Shown here in pieces: positions 1-12,300 of a stretch of DNA of 64,000 bases (position 1 is the stretch's first letter; each line of letters begins with the position of its first letter). Below the pieces are notes generated by a model. It was not told where the DNA came from. It ran no database searches and saw only the letters and a program-made list of their open reading frames with translations. The stretch comes from Tubiluchus corallicola (taxonomy: Eukaryota; Animalia; Priapulida). The translations under genes and the position numbers were made by a program. The stretch covers positions 1 to 64,000 of the forward strand of contig JAQGDQ010000167.1 of the NCBI GenBank assembly GCA_030141605.1, read 5' to 3'.

Positions 1-56
1 TGCTGTATTTCATACTTATTAACCATTAATTGCTTTATGAGTATCTGCTGCTTTAG

Positions 57-191
57 ATATTGATGAATGTGCCGAAGGGAATCATAATTGTCACAGCAAT
101 GCCGAGTGTGCGAACACTAAAGGAAGTTTTTCATGCGAGTGCTTGCTAGGTTATGAGGGTGATGGAAAACAAGATGAGGATGGCTGCACTG
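57..191 (+). CDS. cbEGF exon, representative of 14 intact array exons (starts 57, 873, 1412, 1932, 2748, 3564, 4103, 4627, 5173, 5712, 5981, 6503, 7319, 7588)
   Basis: tttag|ATATTGATGAATGT...TGCACTG|gtaaag. Encodes [45 protein letters not shown], which has the cbEGF consensus D-I-D-E-C...C-x-N-T-x-G-S-F-x-C-x-C. Confidence 0.9.
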
Positions 192-3100
192 GTAAAGACT
201 GATAATTGTGATGCTAAAGTCACTGTGCTAGTACAGTGCTAATTTTGTCATATTTATTTTTTGCGCTTATTGCTTGCATTGCTGTATTTCGTTCCTTAAC
301 CATTAATTGCTTTATGAGTATCTGCTGCTTTAAATATTGATGAATGTGCCGAAGGGAATCATAATTGTCACAGCAATGCCGAGTGTGCGAACACTAAAGG
401 AAGTTTTTCATGCGAGTGCTTGCTAGGTTATGAGGGTGATGGAAAACAAGATGGGGATGGCTGCACTGGTAAAGATCAATAATTGTAATGCTAAAGTCAC
501 TGTGCTAGCTAATTTTTTCATGTTTATTCTTTGCACTAATTCCTTGCATTGCTGTATTTCATACCTTAACCATTAATTGCTTTATGAGTATCTGCTGCTT
601 TAAATATTGATGAATGTGCCGAAGAGAATCAAATTTGTCGCTGTAATGCCAAGTGTGTGAACACTAAAGGAATTTTTTCATGTGAGTGCTTGCTAAGTTA
701 TGAGGTTGATTGAAAAAAAGATGGGTATGGCTGCACTGGTAAGGGCTGATAATTGTAATGCTAATGTCACTTTGCTAATTTTGTCACATTTATGTTTCAT
801 ACATAATCCTATAATTGCTGCATTTCTTACTGTGTTAACTTTTAATTGCTTTATGAGTATCTGCTGTTTTAGATATTGATGAATGTGCCGAAGGGAATCA
901 TAATTGTCACAGCAATGCCGAGTGTGCGAACACTAAAGGAAGTTTTTCATGCGAGTGCTTGCTAGGTTATGAGGGTGATGGAAAACAAGATGGGGATGGC
1001 TGCACTGGTAAAGATCAATAATTGTAATGCTAAAGTCACTGTGCTAGCTAATTTTTTCATGTTTATTCTTTGCACTAATTCCTTGCATTGCTGTATTTCA
1101 TACCTTAACCATTAATTGCTTTATGAGTATCTGCTGCTTTAAATATTGATGAATGTGCCGAAGAGAATCAAATTTGTCGCTGTAATGCCAAGTGTGTGAA
1201 CACTAAAGGAATTTTTTCATGTGAGTGCTTGCTAAGTTATGAGGTTGATTGAAAAAAAGATGGGTATGGCTGCACTGGTAAGGGCTGATAATTGTAATGC
1301 TAATGTCACTTTGCTAATTTTGTCACATTTATGTTTCATACATAATCCTATAATTGCTGCATTTCTTACTGTGTTAACTTTTAATTGCTTTATGAGTATC
1401 TGCTGTTTTAGATATTGATGAATGTGCCAAAGAGAATAATAATTGTCACTACAATGCCAAGTGTGTGAACACTGAAGGAAGTTTTTCATGCGAGTGCTTG
1501 CTAGGTTATGAGGGTGATGGAAAACAAGATGGGGATGTCTGCACTGGTAAAGACTGATAATTGTAATGCTATTGTCACTATGCTAATTTTGTCAGACATG
1601 TTTCATACATAATACTAACATTGCTGCATTTCTTACTGTGTTAACTTTTAATTGCTATGAGTATCTGCTGCTTTAGATATTGATGAATGTGCCGAAGAGA
1701 ATCATAATTGTCGCTACAATGCCAAGTGTGTAAACACTGAAGGAAGTTTTTCATGCAAAAGCTTGCTAGGTTATGAGGGTGATGGCAAACAAGATGGGGA
1801 TGGCTGATCCTGTAAGACCCGATAATTGCAATGCTAAATTCACTCCTAATTTTGTCCATACTTAATTTACGCATTGATACATTTCATGCTCTATTAGCTA
1901 TTAATTGCTTTATTAGTATCTGCTGCTTTAGATATTGATGAATGTGCCGAAGGGAATCATAATTGTCACAGCAATGCCGAGTGTGCGAACACTAAAGGAA
2001 GTTTTTCATGCGAGTGCTTGCTAGGTTATGAGGGTGATGGAAAACAAGATGAGGATGGCTGCACTGGTAAAGACTGATAATTGTGATGCTAAAGTCACTG
2101 TGCTAGTACAGTGCTAATTTTGTCATATTTATTTTTTGCGCTTATTGCTTGCATTGCTGTATTTCGTTCCTTAACCATTAATTGCTCTCTGAGTATCTGC
2201 TGCTTTAAATAATGATGAATGTGCCGAAGGGAATCATAATTGTCACAGCAATGCCGAGTGTGCGAACACTAAAGGAAGTTTTTCATGCGAGTGCTTGCTA
2301 GGTTATGAGGGTGATGGAAAACAAGATGGGGATGGCTGCACTGGTAAAGATCAATAATTGTAATGCTAAAGTCACTGTGCTAGCTAATTTTTTCATGTTT
2401 ATTCTTTGCACTAATTCCTTGCATTGCTGTATTTCATACCTTAACCATTAATTGCTTTATGAGTATCTGCTGCTTTAAATATTGATGAATGTGCCGAAGA
2501 GAATCAAATTTGTCGCTGTAATGCCAAGTGTGTGAACACTAAAGGAATTTTTTCATGTGAGTGCTTGCTAAGTTATGAGGTTGATTGAAAAAAAGATGGG
2601 TATGGCTGCACTGGTAAGGGCTGATAATTGTAATGCTAATGTCACTTTGCTAATTTTGTCACATTTATGTTTCATACATAATCCTATAATTGCTGCATTT
2701 CTTACTGTGTTAACTTTTAATTGCTTTATGAGTATCTGCTGTTTTAGATATTGATGAATGTGCCGAAGGGAATCATAATTGTCACAGCAATGCCGAGTGT
2801 GCGAACACTAAAGGAAGTTTTTCATGCGAGTGCTTGCTAGGTTATGAGGGTGATGGAAAACAAGATGAGGATGGCTGCACTGGTAAAGACTGATAATTGT
2901 GATGCTAAAGTCACTGTGCTAGTACAGTGCTAATTTTGTCATATTTATTTTTTGCGCTTATTGCTTGCATTGCTGTATTTCGTTCCTTAACCATTAATTG
3001 CTCTCTGAGTATCTGCTGCTTTAAATAATGATGAATGTGCCCAAGGGAATCATAATTGTCACAGCAATGCCGAGTGTGCGAACACTAAAGGAAGTTTTTC

Positions 3101-6100
3101 ATGCGAGTGCTTGCTAGGTTATGAGGGTGATGGAAAACAAGATGGGGATGGCTGCACTGGTAAAGATCAATAATTGTAATGCTAAAGTCACTGTGCTAGC
3201 TAATTTTTTCATGTTTATTCTTTGCACTAATTCCTTGCATTGCTGTATTTCATACCTTAACCATTAATTGCTTTATGAGTATCTGCTGCTTTAAATATTG
3301 ATGAATGTGCCGAAGAGAATCAAATTTGTCGCTGTAATGCCAAGTGTGTGAACACTAAAGGAATTTTTTCATGTGAGTGCTTGCTAAGTTATGAGGTTGA
3401 TTGAAAAAAAGATGGGTATGGCTGCACTGGTAAGGGCTGATAATTGTAATGCTAATGTCACTTTGCTAATTTTGTCACATTTATGTTTCATACATAATCC
3501 TATAATTGCTGCATTTCTTACTGTGTTAACTTTTAATTGCTTTATGAGTATCTGCTGTTTTAGATATTGATGAATGTGCCGAAGGGAATCATAATTGTCA
3601 CAGCAATGCCGAGTGTGCGAACACTAAAGGAAGTTTTTCATGCGAGTGCTTGCTAGGTTATGAGGGTGATGGAAAACAAGATGGGGATGGCTGCACTGGT
3701 AAAGATCAATAATTGTAATGCTAAAGTCACTGTGCTAGCTAATTTTTTCATGTTTATTCTTTGCACTAATTCCTTGCATTGCTGTATTTCATACCTTAAC
3801 CATTAATTGCTTTATGAGTATCTGCTGCTTTAAATATTGATGAATGTGCCGAAGAGAATCAAATTTGTCGCTGTAATGCCAAGTGTGTGAACACTAAAGG
3901 AATTTTTTCATGTGAGTGCTTGCTAAGTTATGAGGTTGACTGAAAAAAAGATGGGGATGTCTGCACTGGTAAAGACTGATAATTGTAATGCTAATGTCAC
4001 TTTGCTAATTTTGTCACATTTATGTTTCATACATAATCCTATAATTGCTGCATTTCTTACTGTGTTAACTTTTAATTGCTTTATGAGTATCTGCTGTTTT
4101 AGATATTGATGAATGTGCCAAAGAGAATAATAATTGTCACTACAATGCCAAGTGTGTGAACACTGAAGGAAGTTTTTCATGCGAGTGCTTGCTAGGTTAT
4201 GAGGGTGATGGAAAACAAGATGGGGATGTCTGCACTGGTAAAGACTGATAATTGTAATGCTATTGTCACTATGCTAATTTTGTCAGACATGTTTCATACA
4301 TAATACTAACATTGCTGCATTTCTTACTGTGTTAACTTTTAATTATGCTTTATGAGTGTCTCCTGCTTTAGATATTGATGAATGTGTCAAAGAGAATCAT
4401 AATTGTCGCTACAATGCCAAGTGTGTGAACACTGAAGGAAGTTTTTCATGCAAAAGCTTGCTAGGTTATGAGGGTGATGGCAAACAAGATGGGGATGGCT
4501 GATCCTGTAAGACCCGATAATTGCAATGCTAAATTCACTCCTAATTTTGTCCATACTTAATTTACGCATTGATACATTTCATGCTCTATTAGCTATTAAT
4601 TGCTTTATTAGTATCTGCTGCTTTAGATATTGATGAATGTGCCGAAGGGAATCATAATTGTCACAGCAATGCCGAGTGTGCGAACACTAAAGGAAGTTTT
4701 TCATGCGAGTGCTTGCTAGGTTATGAGGGTGATGGAAAACAAGATGAGGATGGCTGCACTGGTAAAGACTGATAATTGTGATGCTAAAGTCACTGTGCTA
4801 GTACAGTGCTAATTTTGTCATATTTATTTTTTGCGCTTATTGCTTGCATTGCTGTATTTCGTTCCTTAACCATTAATTGCTCTCTGAGTATCTGCTGCTT
4901 TAAATATTGATGAATGTGCCGAAGAGAATCAAATTTGTCGCTGTAATGCCAAGTGTGTGAACACTAAAGGAATTTTTTCATGTGAGTGCTTGCTAAGTTA
5001 TGAGGTTGATTGAAAAAAAGATGTGTATGGCTGCACTGGTAAGGGCTGATAATTGTAATGCTAATGTCACTTTGCTAATTTTGTCACATATATGTTTCAT
5101 ACATAATCCTATAATTGCTGCATTTCTTACTGTGTTAACTTTTAATTGCTTTATGAGTATCTGCTGTTTTAGATATTGATGAATGTGCCGAAGGGAATCA
5201 TAATTGTCACAGCAATGCCGAGTGTGCGAACACTAAAGGAAGTTTTTCATGCGAGTGCTTGCTAGGTTATGAGGGTGATGGAAAACAAGATGGGGATGGC
5301 TGCACTGGTAAAGATCAATAATTGTAATGCTAAAGTCACTGTGCTAGCTAATTTTTTCATGTTTATTCTTTGCACTAATTCCTTGCATTGCTGTATTTCA
5401 TACCTTAACCATTAATTGCTTTATGAGTATCTGCTGCTTTAAATATTGATGAATGTGCCGAAGAGAATCAAATTTGTCGCTGTAATGCCAAGTGTGTGAA
5501 CACTAAAGGAATTTTTTCATGTGAGTGCTTGCTAAGTTATGAGGTTGATTGAAAAAAAGATGGGTATGGCTGCACTGGTAAGGGCTGATAATTGTAATGC
5601 TAATGTCACTTTGCTAATTTTGTCACATTTATGTTTCATACATAATCCTATAATTCCTGCATTTCTTACTGTGTTAACTTTTAATTGCTTTATGAGTATC
5701 TGCTGTTTTAGATATTGATGAATGTGCCAAAGAGAATAATAATTGTCACTACAATGCCAAATGTGTGAACACTGAAGGAAGTTTTTCATGCGAGTGCTTG
5801 CTAGGTTATGAGGGTGATGGAAAACAAGATGGGGATGTCTGCACTGGTAAAGACTGATAATTGTAATGCTATTGTCCCTATGCTAATTTTGTCAGACATG
5901 TTTCATACATAATACTAACATTGCTGCATTTCTTACTGTGTTAACTTTTAATTATGCTTTATGAGTGTCTCCTGCTTTAGATATTGATGAATGTGTCAAA
6001 GAGAATCACAATTGTCACTACAATGCCAAGTGTGTGAACACTGAAGGAAATTTTTCATGCGAATGCTTGCTAGGTTATGAGGGATATGGAAAACAAGATG

Positions 6101-9100
6101 TGGATGGCTGCACTGGTAAGGGTCGATAATTGCAATGCTATTGTCACTGTGCTAATTTTGTCATATTTAGTTTTTATGCTTAATCCTAGCATTACTGCCC
6201 TTCTTACTGTGTTAGCTTTTAAATGCTATGAATACCCGCTGCTGTAGATATTGATGAATGTGCTGAAGAGAATCATAATTGTCGCTACAATGCCAAGTGT
6301 GTAAATACTGAAGGAAGTTTTTCATGCAAAAGCTTGCTAGGTTATGAGGGTGATGGCAAACAAGATGGGGATGGCTGATCCTGTAAGACCCGATAATTGC
6401 AATGTTAAATTCACTCCTAATTTTGTCCATACTTAATTTAAGCATTGATACATTTCATGCTCTATTAGCTATTAATTGCTTCATTAGTATCTGCTGCTTT
6501 AGATATTGATGAATGTGTCAAAGAGAATCGTATTTGTCACAGCAATGCCAAGTGTGTGAACACTGAAGGAAGTTTTTCATGCAAATGCTTGCTAGGTTAT
6601 GAGGGATATGGAAAACAAGATGAGGATGGCTGCACTGGTAAAGACTGATAATTGTGATGCTAAAGTCACTGTGCTAGTACAGTGCTAATTTTGTCATATT
6701 TATTTTTTGTGCTTATTGCTTGCATTGCTGTATTTTGTTCCTTAACCATTAATTGCTCTCTGAGTATCTGCTGCTTTAAATAATGATGAATGTGCCGAAG
6801 GGAATCATAATTGTCACAGCAATGCCGAGTGTGCGAACACTAAAGGAAGTTTTTCATGCGAGTGCTTGCTAGGTTATGAGGGTGATGGAAAACAAGATGG
6901 GGATGGCTGCACTGGTAAAGATCAATAATTGTAATGCTAAAGTCACTGTGCTAGCTAATTTTTTCATGTTTATTCTTTGCACTAATTCCTTGCATTGCTG
7001 TATTTCATACCTTAACCATTAATTGCTTTATGAGTATCTGCTGCTTTAAATATTGATGAATGTGCCGAAGAGAATCAAATTTGTCGCTGTAATGCCAAGT
7101 GTGTGAACACTAAAGGAATTTTTTCATGCGAGTGCTTGCTAGGTTATGAGGGTGATGGAAAACATGATGGGGATGGCTGCACTGGTAAGGACTGATAATT
7201 GTAATGCTATTGTCACTATGCTAATTTTGTCAGACATGTTTCATACATAATACTAACATTGCTGCATTTCTTACTGTGTTAACTTTTAATTATGCTTTAT
7301 GAGTGTCTCCTGCTTTAGATATTGATGAATGTGTCAAAGAGAATCACAATTGTCGCTACAATGCCAAGTGTGTGAACACTGAAGGAAGTTTTTCATGCGA
7401 ATGCTTGCTAGGTTATGAGGGTGATGAAAAACATGATGGGGATGGCTGCACTGGTAAGGACTGATAATTGTAATGCTATTGTCACTATGCTAATTTTGTC
7501 AGACATGTTTCATACATAATACTAACATTGCTGCATTTCTTACTGTGTTAACTTTTAATTATGCTTTATGAGTGTCTGCTGCTTTAGATATTGATGAATG
7601 TGCCAAAGAGATTCATAATTGTCACAGCAATGCCAAGTGTGTGAACACTGAAGGAAGTTTTTCATGCAAATGCTTGCTAGGTTATGAGGGATATGGAAAA
7701 CAAGATGAGGATGGCTGCACTGGTAAGGGAGCTGTTAATTGTCGTGCTAAATTATTAAAAAAATTCCTACTTAAGAAAAAAGAGGAAATGCATCCATTCA
7801 GCACTTACTGTAGTTTATCATTATTGCAAAAATTAACAGGAAAAAAATCACATAAAATTATTAAACACTAATTTGGTTTTTAGATGTTGTGTTTTCTTAA
7901 TTGAGAGATTTTTGTGTAATATTTATTAAAGTAAAAATTCTAGCATTGCTTCTAGAGACTTTTTTGGGACTTCTTTGAGACACTATAAAGCATCAGCAAC
8001 ATCATTTCTCTCTTTTGAACTTTGTTCTTTGTCTGGGTTACTTTTTGCAATAAATATGTTTGATAACTTCGCGAAGTTAGCCATTTATGTTTATTCCAGA
8101 TTTTTCTCTAATGATTCCTTGAAATATGTCTATTCTTCTCCTGACAATATAGATGCATATAACGTGAATGCAGCAATAATTTACCCAGCGAACCAGCCAT
8201 CGAAAATTTTACTAGACAAATTCTGTCTCAACATGGAAAAGTGCCTTCAAATAAAACTGCCAAGCTAAGCATCCTTGAGACCGAATTGCTAGTGTAATCA
8301 TCTTAGTTGCCTATGATGAATAGACGTAAATGAAACCAAGTCTAAAAGCAAATTTTTGAAGTCTGTTATGGCTTCTTCTTAAAATTGGGCAAATGTTTGA
8401 AAGTAATTGGTTTTACATCGGTTAGTTTGCAACATTTTTTGTTATGAACTTGTGCCGTGGCTTTTACTATTTCTTTTTTAAACAACAGAAACAGATGAAT
8501 GTTCATCTAAACCTTGTCAAAACAATGGAACTTGTTATGATGAAGTGAATCACTATAACTGTTCCTGCGCTCCTGGATATGAGGGGCATAGCTGCGAAAC
8601 AGGTACGCAAACATGTAAAACAGACTAAATAAGTGATTTAAGTTTTGACAGTCCATGTAATAAAATGTGTAAGTGTACAGTGGCAAGCCCACAGTACTGC
8701 AGTTTGCTAGGACGAAGCTTCAAGGTGAAACTAAGGTTAAGTGTACTATAATTATCTTGTTCCCTTCTGGTTGCTACCAAGACCAAGTTTCGTTGACTTC
8801 TCTTTAGTGGCTTTTACTATACTGCCATACTTCGTTTCCACCTGGAAAATGGCCAGGAACAAAACAGTTGCATTAAACTGCTTATAAAAATAACCGGATA
8901 TACCGCAACCCATTACCCAGCAACCGCCTGGCAAATTAATGTATATGTTCAATGAGGAAATGCCAGTGACCTTTATATTAAGCCAGTCATATGAGGCTGG
9001 CGATATGCTTCACTGGATTGTAGACACTGACCAGACGTCAGGTGTTGTGCAAAATAATGCACGTTAATATGCTTTTATTGTTTACAAGCTGTACTGACTG

Positions 9101-9253
9101 TACATCGCATATTCACAATAGTAAAGTATTGATAACTCTGTTATTATTATCAATGCATATTCAGTCATAATAGCAGCTGACAAGAAAACATGTCATCGAA
9201 GCAAATTCTAGCAAAACATTTGTAGTTATGAGTTTTATATATATATATATATT

Positions 9254-9322
<69 letters not shown>

Positions 9323-12300
9323 ATGTGTAGTATTTCGAAACACACACACACACACACACACATACACAGTAAGCTACAGATTATATCTTTGAGTACAAGA
9401 CATCTTTATGTAAACAAAATTGTCTCAATAAAGGTGATTGATTTTCAGTGAGTCATTAATTCATTAACCTTTGGAGAAAAAATTAAGGACTCTAACCAGT
9501 GTACATTTGTCTGACTGTTTTGTGATTCGTCTGTCAAAATTTAACACACCCGGTTATAATGCCAAACTTGCTGTAACATTAACTTTTTCCATCTCAAAGT
9601 GGCCAGTGTAAAGCGGTTTAACAGTATAATGCAAAACACTTAACGTTTTGTACATGCCCATTCTATTGATGTAGCAGCAGTTTTAACATGTTTTACAAGC
9701 TAGCTACAACCTTACCTAGTTCATTTTTCTTGTTTGCAAGCAAGATCCTGCTAGTAAATTACTCTATGCACAAACTAATTAAGTCCATGCAAAACAACTG
9801 AAGTTACTGAACCGATTCGGCAGACGGCTTTGGTTTACACACGTGTCAAGTGATGGTTGTAGTTTCTGTGTTACACTTAACCTTTGACCTGCGGCAACTG
9901 CGCGTGTGCACAACAAAACTGTGAAAAGGCTTATTGGCCAGTGGTTTGGTCATTAAATATCAGAATTAAGAATTGAAAATGCAAATACCGAAAGCAAATT
10001 GTTACCATTCAACTTGGAACAGTGTTTTTATTTTCTTTACAATCACATAATCTCGTTGTTCAGTACATAGTCAGTTACGTTAAACTGTATTATACCACAT
10101 AAATAAATTAACAACCCACAATTGTTGCAGTAAAATGCTGTATATTTTTTGTTTATTTGATCAATATTTGGACATTACCTGTATATATTCACTATGTATT
10201 CTTGATCAGGAACTAGTAGTGTCAAAATATTGATCAAATAAACAAACAATACACTAGATTTTAAGGCAAGAAGCATTGACTACCTCACCTCTGTCAGTTT
10301 AGTGGCTCATTTCGGAGGGTTTTTGTTCATAATGGTCCAAGCTTCTGGTTTTTCACAAATGTCATTGGTGAGTGGACCATGTCAGTGAATGTTGATTGTT
10401 GTGTGGTCCATTATTTATACCGGAAAAACTGTATGTGAAAAATTAAATTAAATTTAAATGATACAATCGCTAAGTATCAACTGTACAGATCCGTAGGTGT
10501 GAGTTTGATCCCTAAAAGTTCTTCTCTAGTGAAAGATTTTCTCTACTACTGGAATGTCTCCCGATTCGCTTAGTTTACTTACGATTTAAGTTTTCGATTT
10601 ACAACAGTGGTTACAGACATTGTCTATAAAGACGTGGAGAGTAATTTTTGGTTGTAAATGCTGCGCAGAAAATAACTCGCCTGCTTAAAAACTGCATCGA
10701 AAAATATTACGTATAGTACCTCATATCCAAAACAAGTTTGTATGGTTATACTGCTCAAGAAATTGCGTAGAAGGAAGATAGGCAACGTGACATGCGCAAA
10801 ATAAAATGGCTGCCATAGATATTCTTAAGAACTAATAGTTAACAATGCTGATGGTCGTCACGAAAGGCTAACAGAACGTTGGGCACGATAAAAAGTATTT
10901 TTATTAATATAGACAAAGATGTGATTATAAAACTGTACAAAAGTTTTGTTAGACCACGCTTGGATTATTGCATGCAGGCATGGAGACCATATATGGTAAA
11001 AGATATTAGATTGATTGAAGGTGTACAAAAGAGATCTATCAACTTGATCGAATGCCCTAGTTTTGCAGAGCTAACATATGAACACAAACTGAACAGATGC
11101 AGATTAATGCCCCTAGAACACCATCGACTGAGAGCAGATCTGATTAGAATTGTGAATGGACTCGAAGGTCTGGAATGTAAGGACAGTAGAACAAGAAATC
11201 ACTCAAAAAAATCAGTGAAAGGAAGGTCTAGATTTGATTTTAGAAAATACAGTATGAGCCAAAGGGTCATTAATTTCTGATCAAAACTTAAAAAAAACGT
11301 TTTTATTTTTATTTTAGAAATTGATGAATGTGGTTATGGACCGTGCTACAATAATGCCAGCTGTATTGATAATGTAAATTCTTTCTTTTGTTTGTGTTTA
11401 CCTGGTTCCACAGGTTATCGTTGTGAGACAGGTAAAGGAATTTAAACTAAACATCAACAAAACAATCCTGTGGTGTGATTTGTGTTACTAAAGTTTTACT
11501 TTTCTCAAACCTTCCGTTCAATATTTTCAATTTTCTGATTAGTATTCAATTTCTGTGAAAGTAATGTTGGATACATTTTTAGAAAATTTGTTGAAAATGC
11601 TAAGATATAATAAATTTACTTAAATAACATCTTGCCTCGCTGGGATGAAGTTGTTTAAAGGTTTTACTATATAATTTCGTTGTTTTCATTTTTTCACTTA
11701 ACAACACCCGTTTCATTTTAACGTGGATTTTTTACTCTGCTCAAAGCCAATTTTTATTTTATCAACAACTTTTTACCTAATTTAATGTATTAAAACAGCA
11801 CATACTGTTATACTGTTCTAAAACGTACTAGTAATGTAAGCAGTGCAGTTATTATATAAGTATACATTTTTGCTTCCCAACTGACCACTAAATGCTAGTT
11901 GTTTGTATCAAGCCAGACCTGGCAGCAAACTTTATGGGGAGGAATTTTGCCTGCAAGCTGTTGTTATAGCAACCAGACTAGATAAAATTCTCAAGGTCGC
12001 TTCAAGACTTGGCTTTGAACTGCTGCCTAGTCTTATATGTTAACAAAATATAAACTGTTAGCTAGGTAAGTAAGATATATAGGTGGTTTCAGGCAAGTAG
12101 AAATTTTGAAAGAAAAATAGAAACTGTTAGCTAGGTAAGTAAGATATATAGGTGGTTTCAGGCAAGTAGAAATTTAAGATATTAATTAGTAGAAACATGG
12201 GTGAAACTCATAAAACCTTTAATTTATGTGATTTAAGCAGCATTAATCTGGAACGTATCTCACTTCTTTTACATAAATTTTTCTTATTTTTTCCCATTAA

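Larger units (their letters stand above)
1..7730 (+). repeat. Tandem array of 29 exon+intron units (about 255-277 bp), each with a 135-nt phase 1-1 cbEGF exon; continues past window start
   Basis: Exon-equivalent starts at 57, 334, 604, 873, 1143, 1412, 1677, 1932, 2209, 2479, 2748, 3025, 3295, 3564, 3834, 4103, 4372, 4627, 4904, 5173, 5443, 5712, 5981, 6248, 6503, 6780, 7050, 7319, 7588. Each is followed by a GTAA donor. Confidence 0.95.

Noticed and set aside
1800-1812. TGA at the Cys6 position as selenocysteine
   Set aside because: The partner Cys5 is mutated to Ser, no SECIS can be identified here, and the array has other signs of decay.
1232-6445. Repeated minus-strand ORFs ([13 protein letters not shown]...)
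   Set aside because: They are antisense shadows of the cbEGF exon array; the + strand has the splice signals and domain consensus.
9161-9451. ORFs with HTHT/CVCV runs, and poly-M/poly-I ORFs at 26836-27100
   Set aside because: They are translations of microsatellites.
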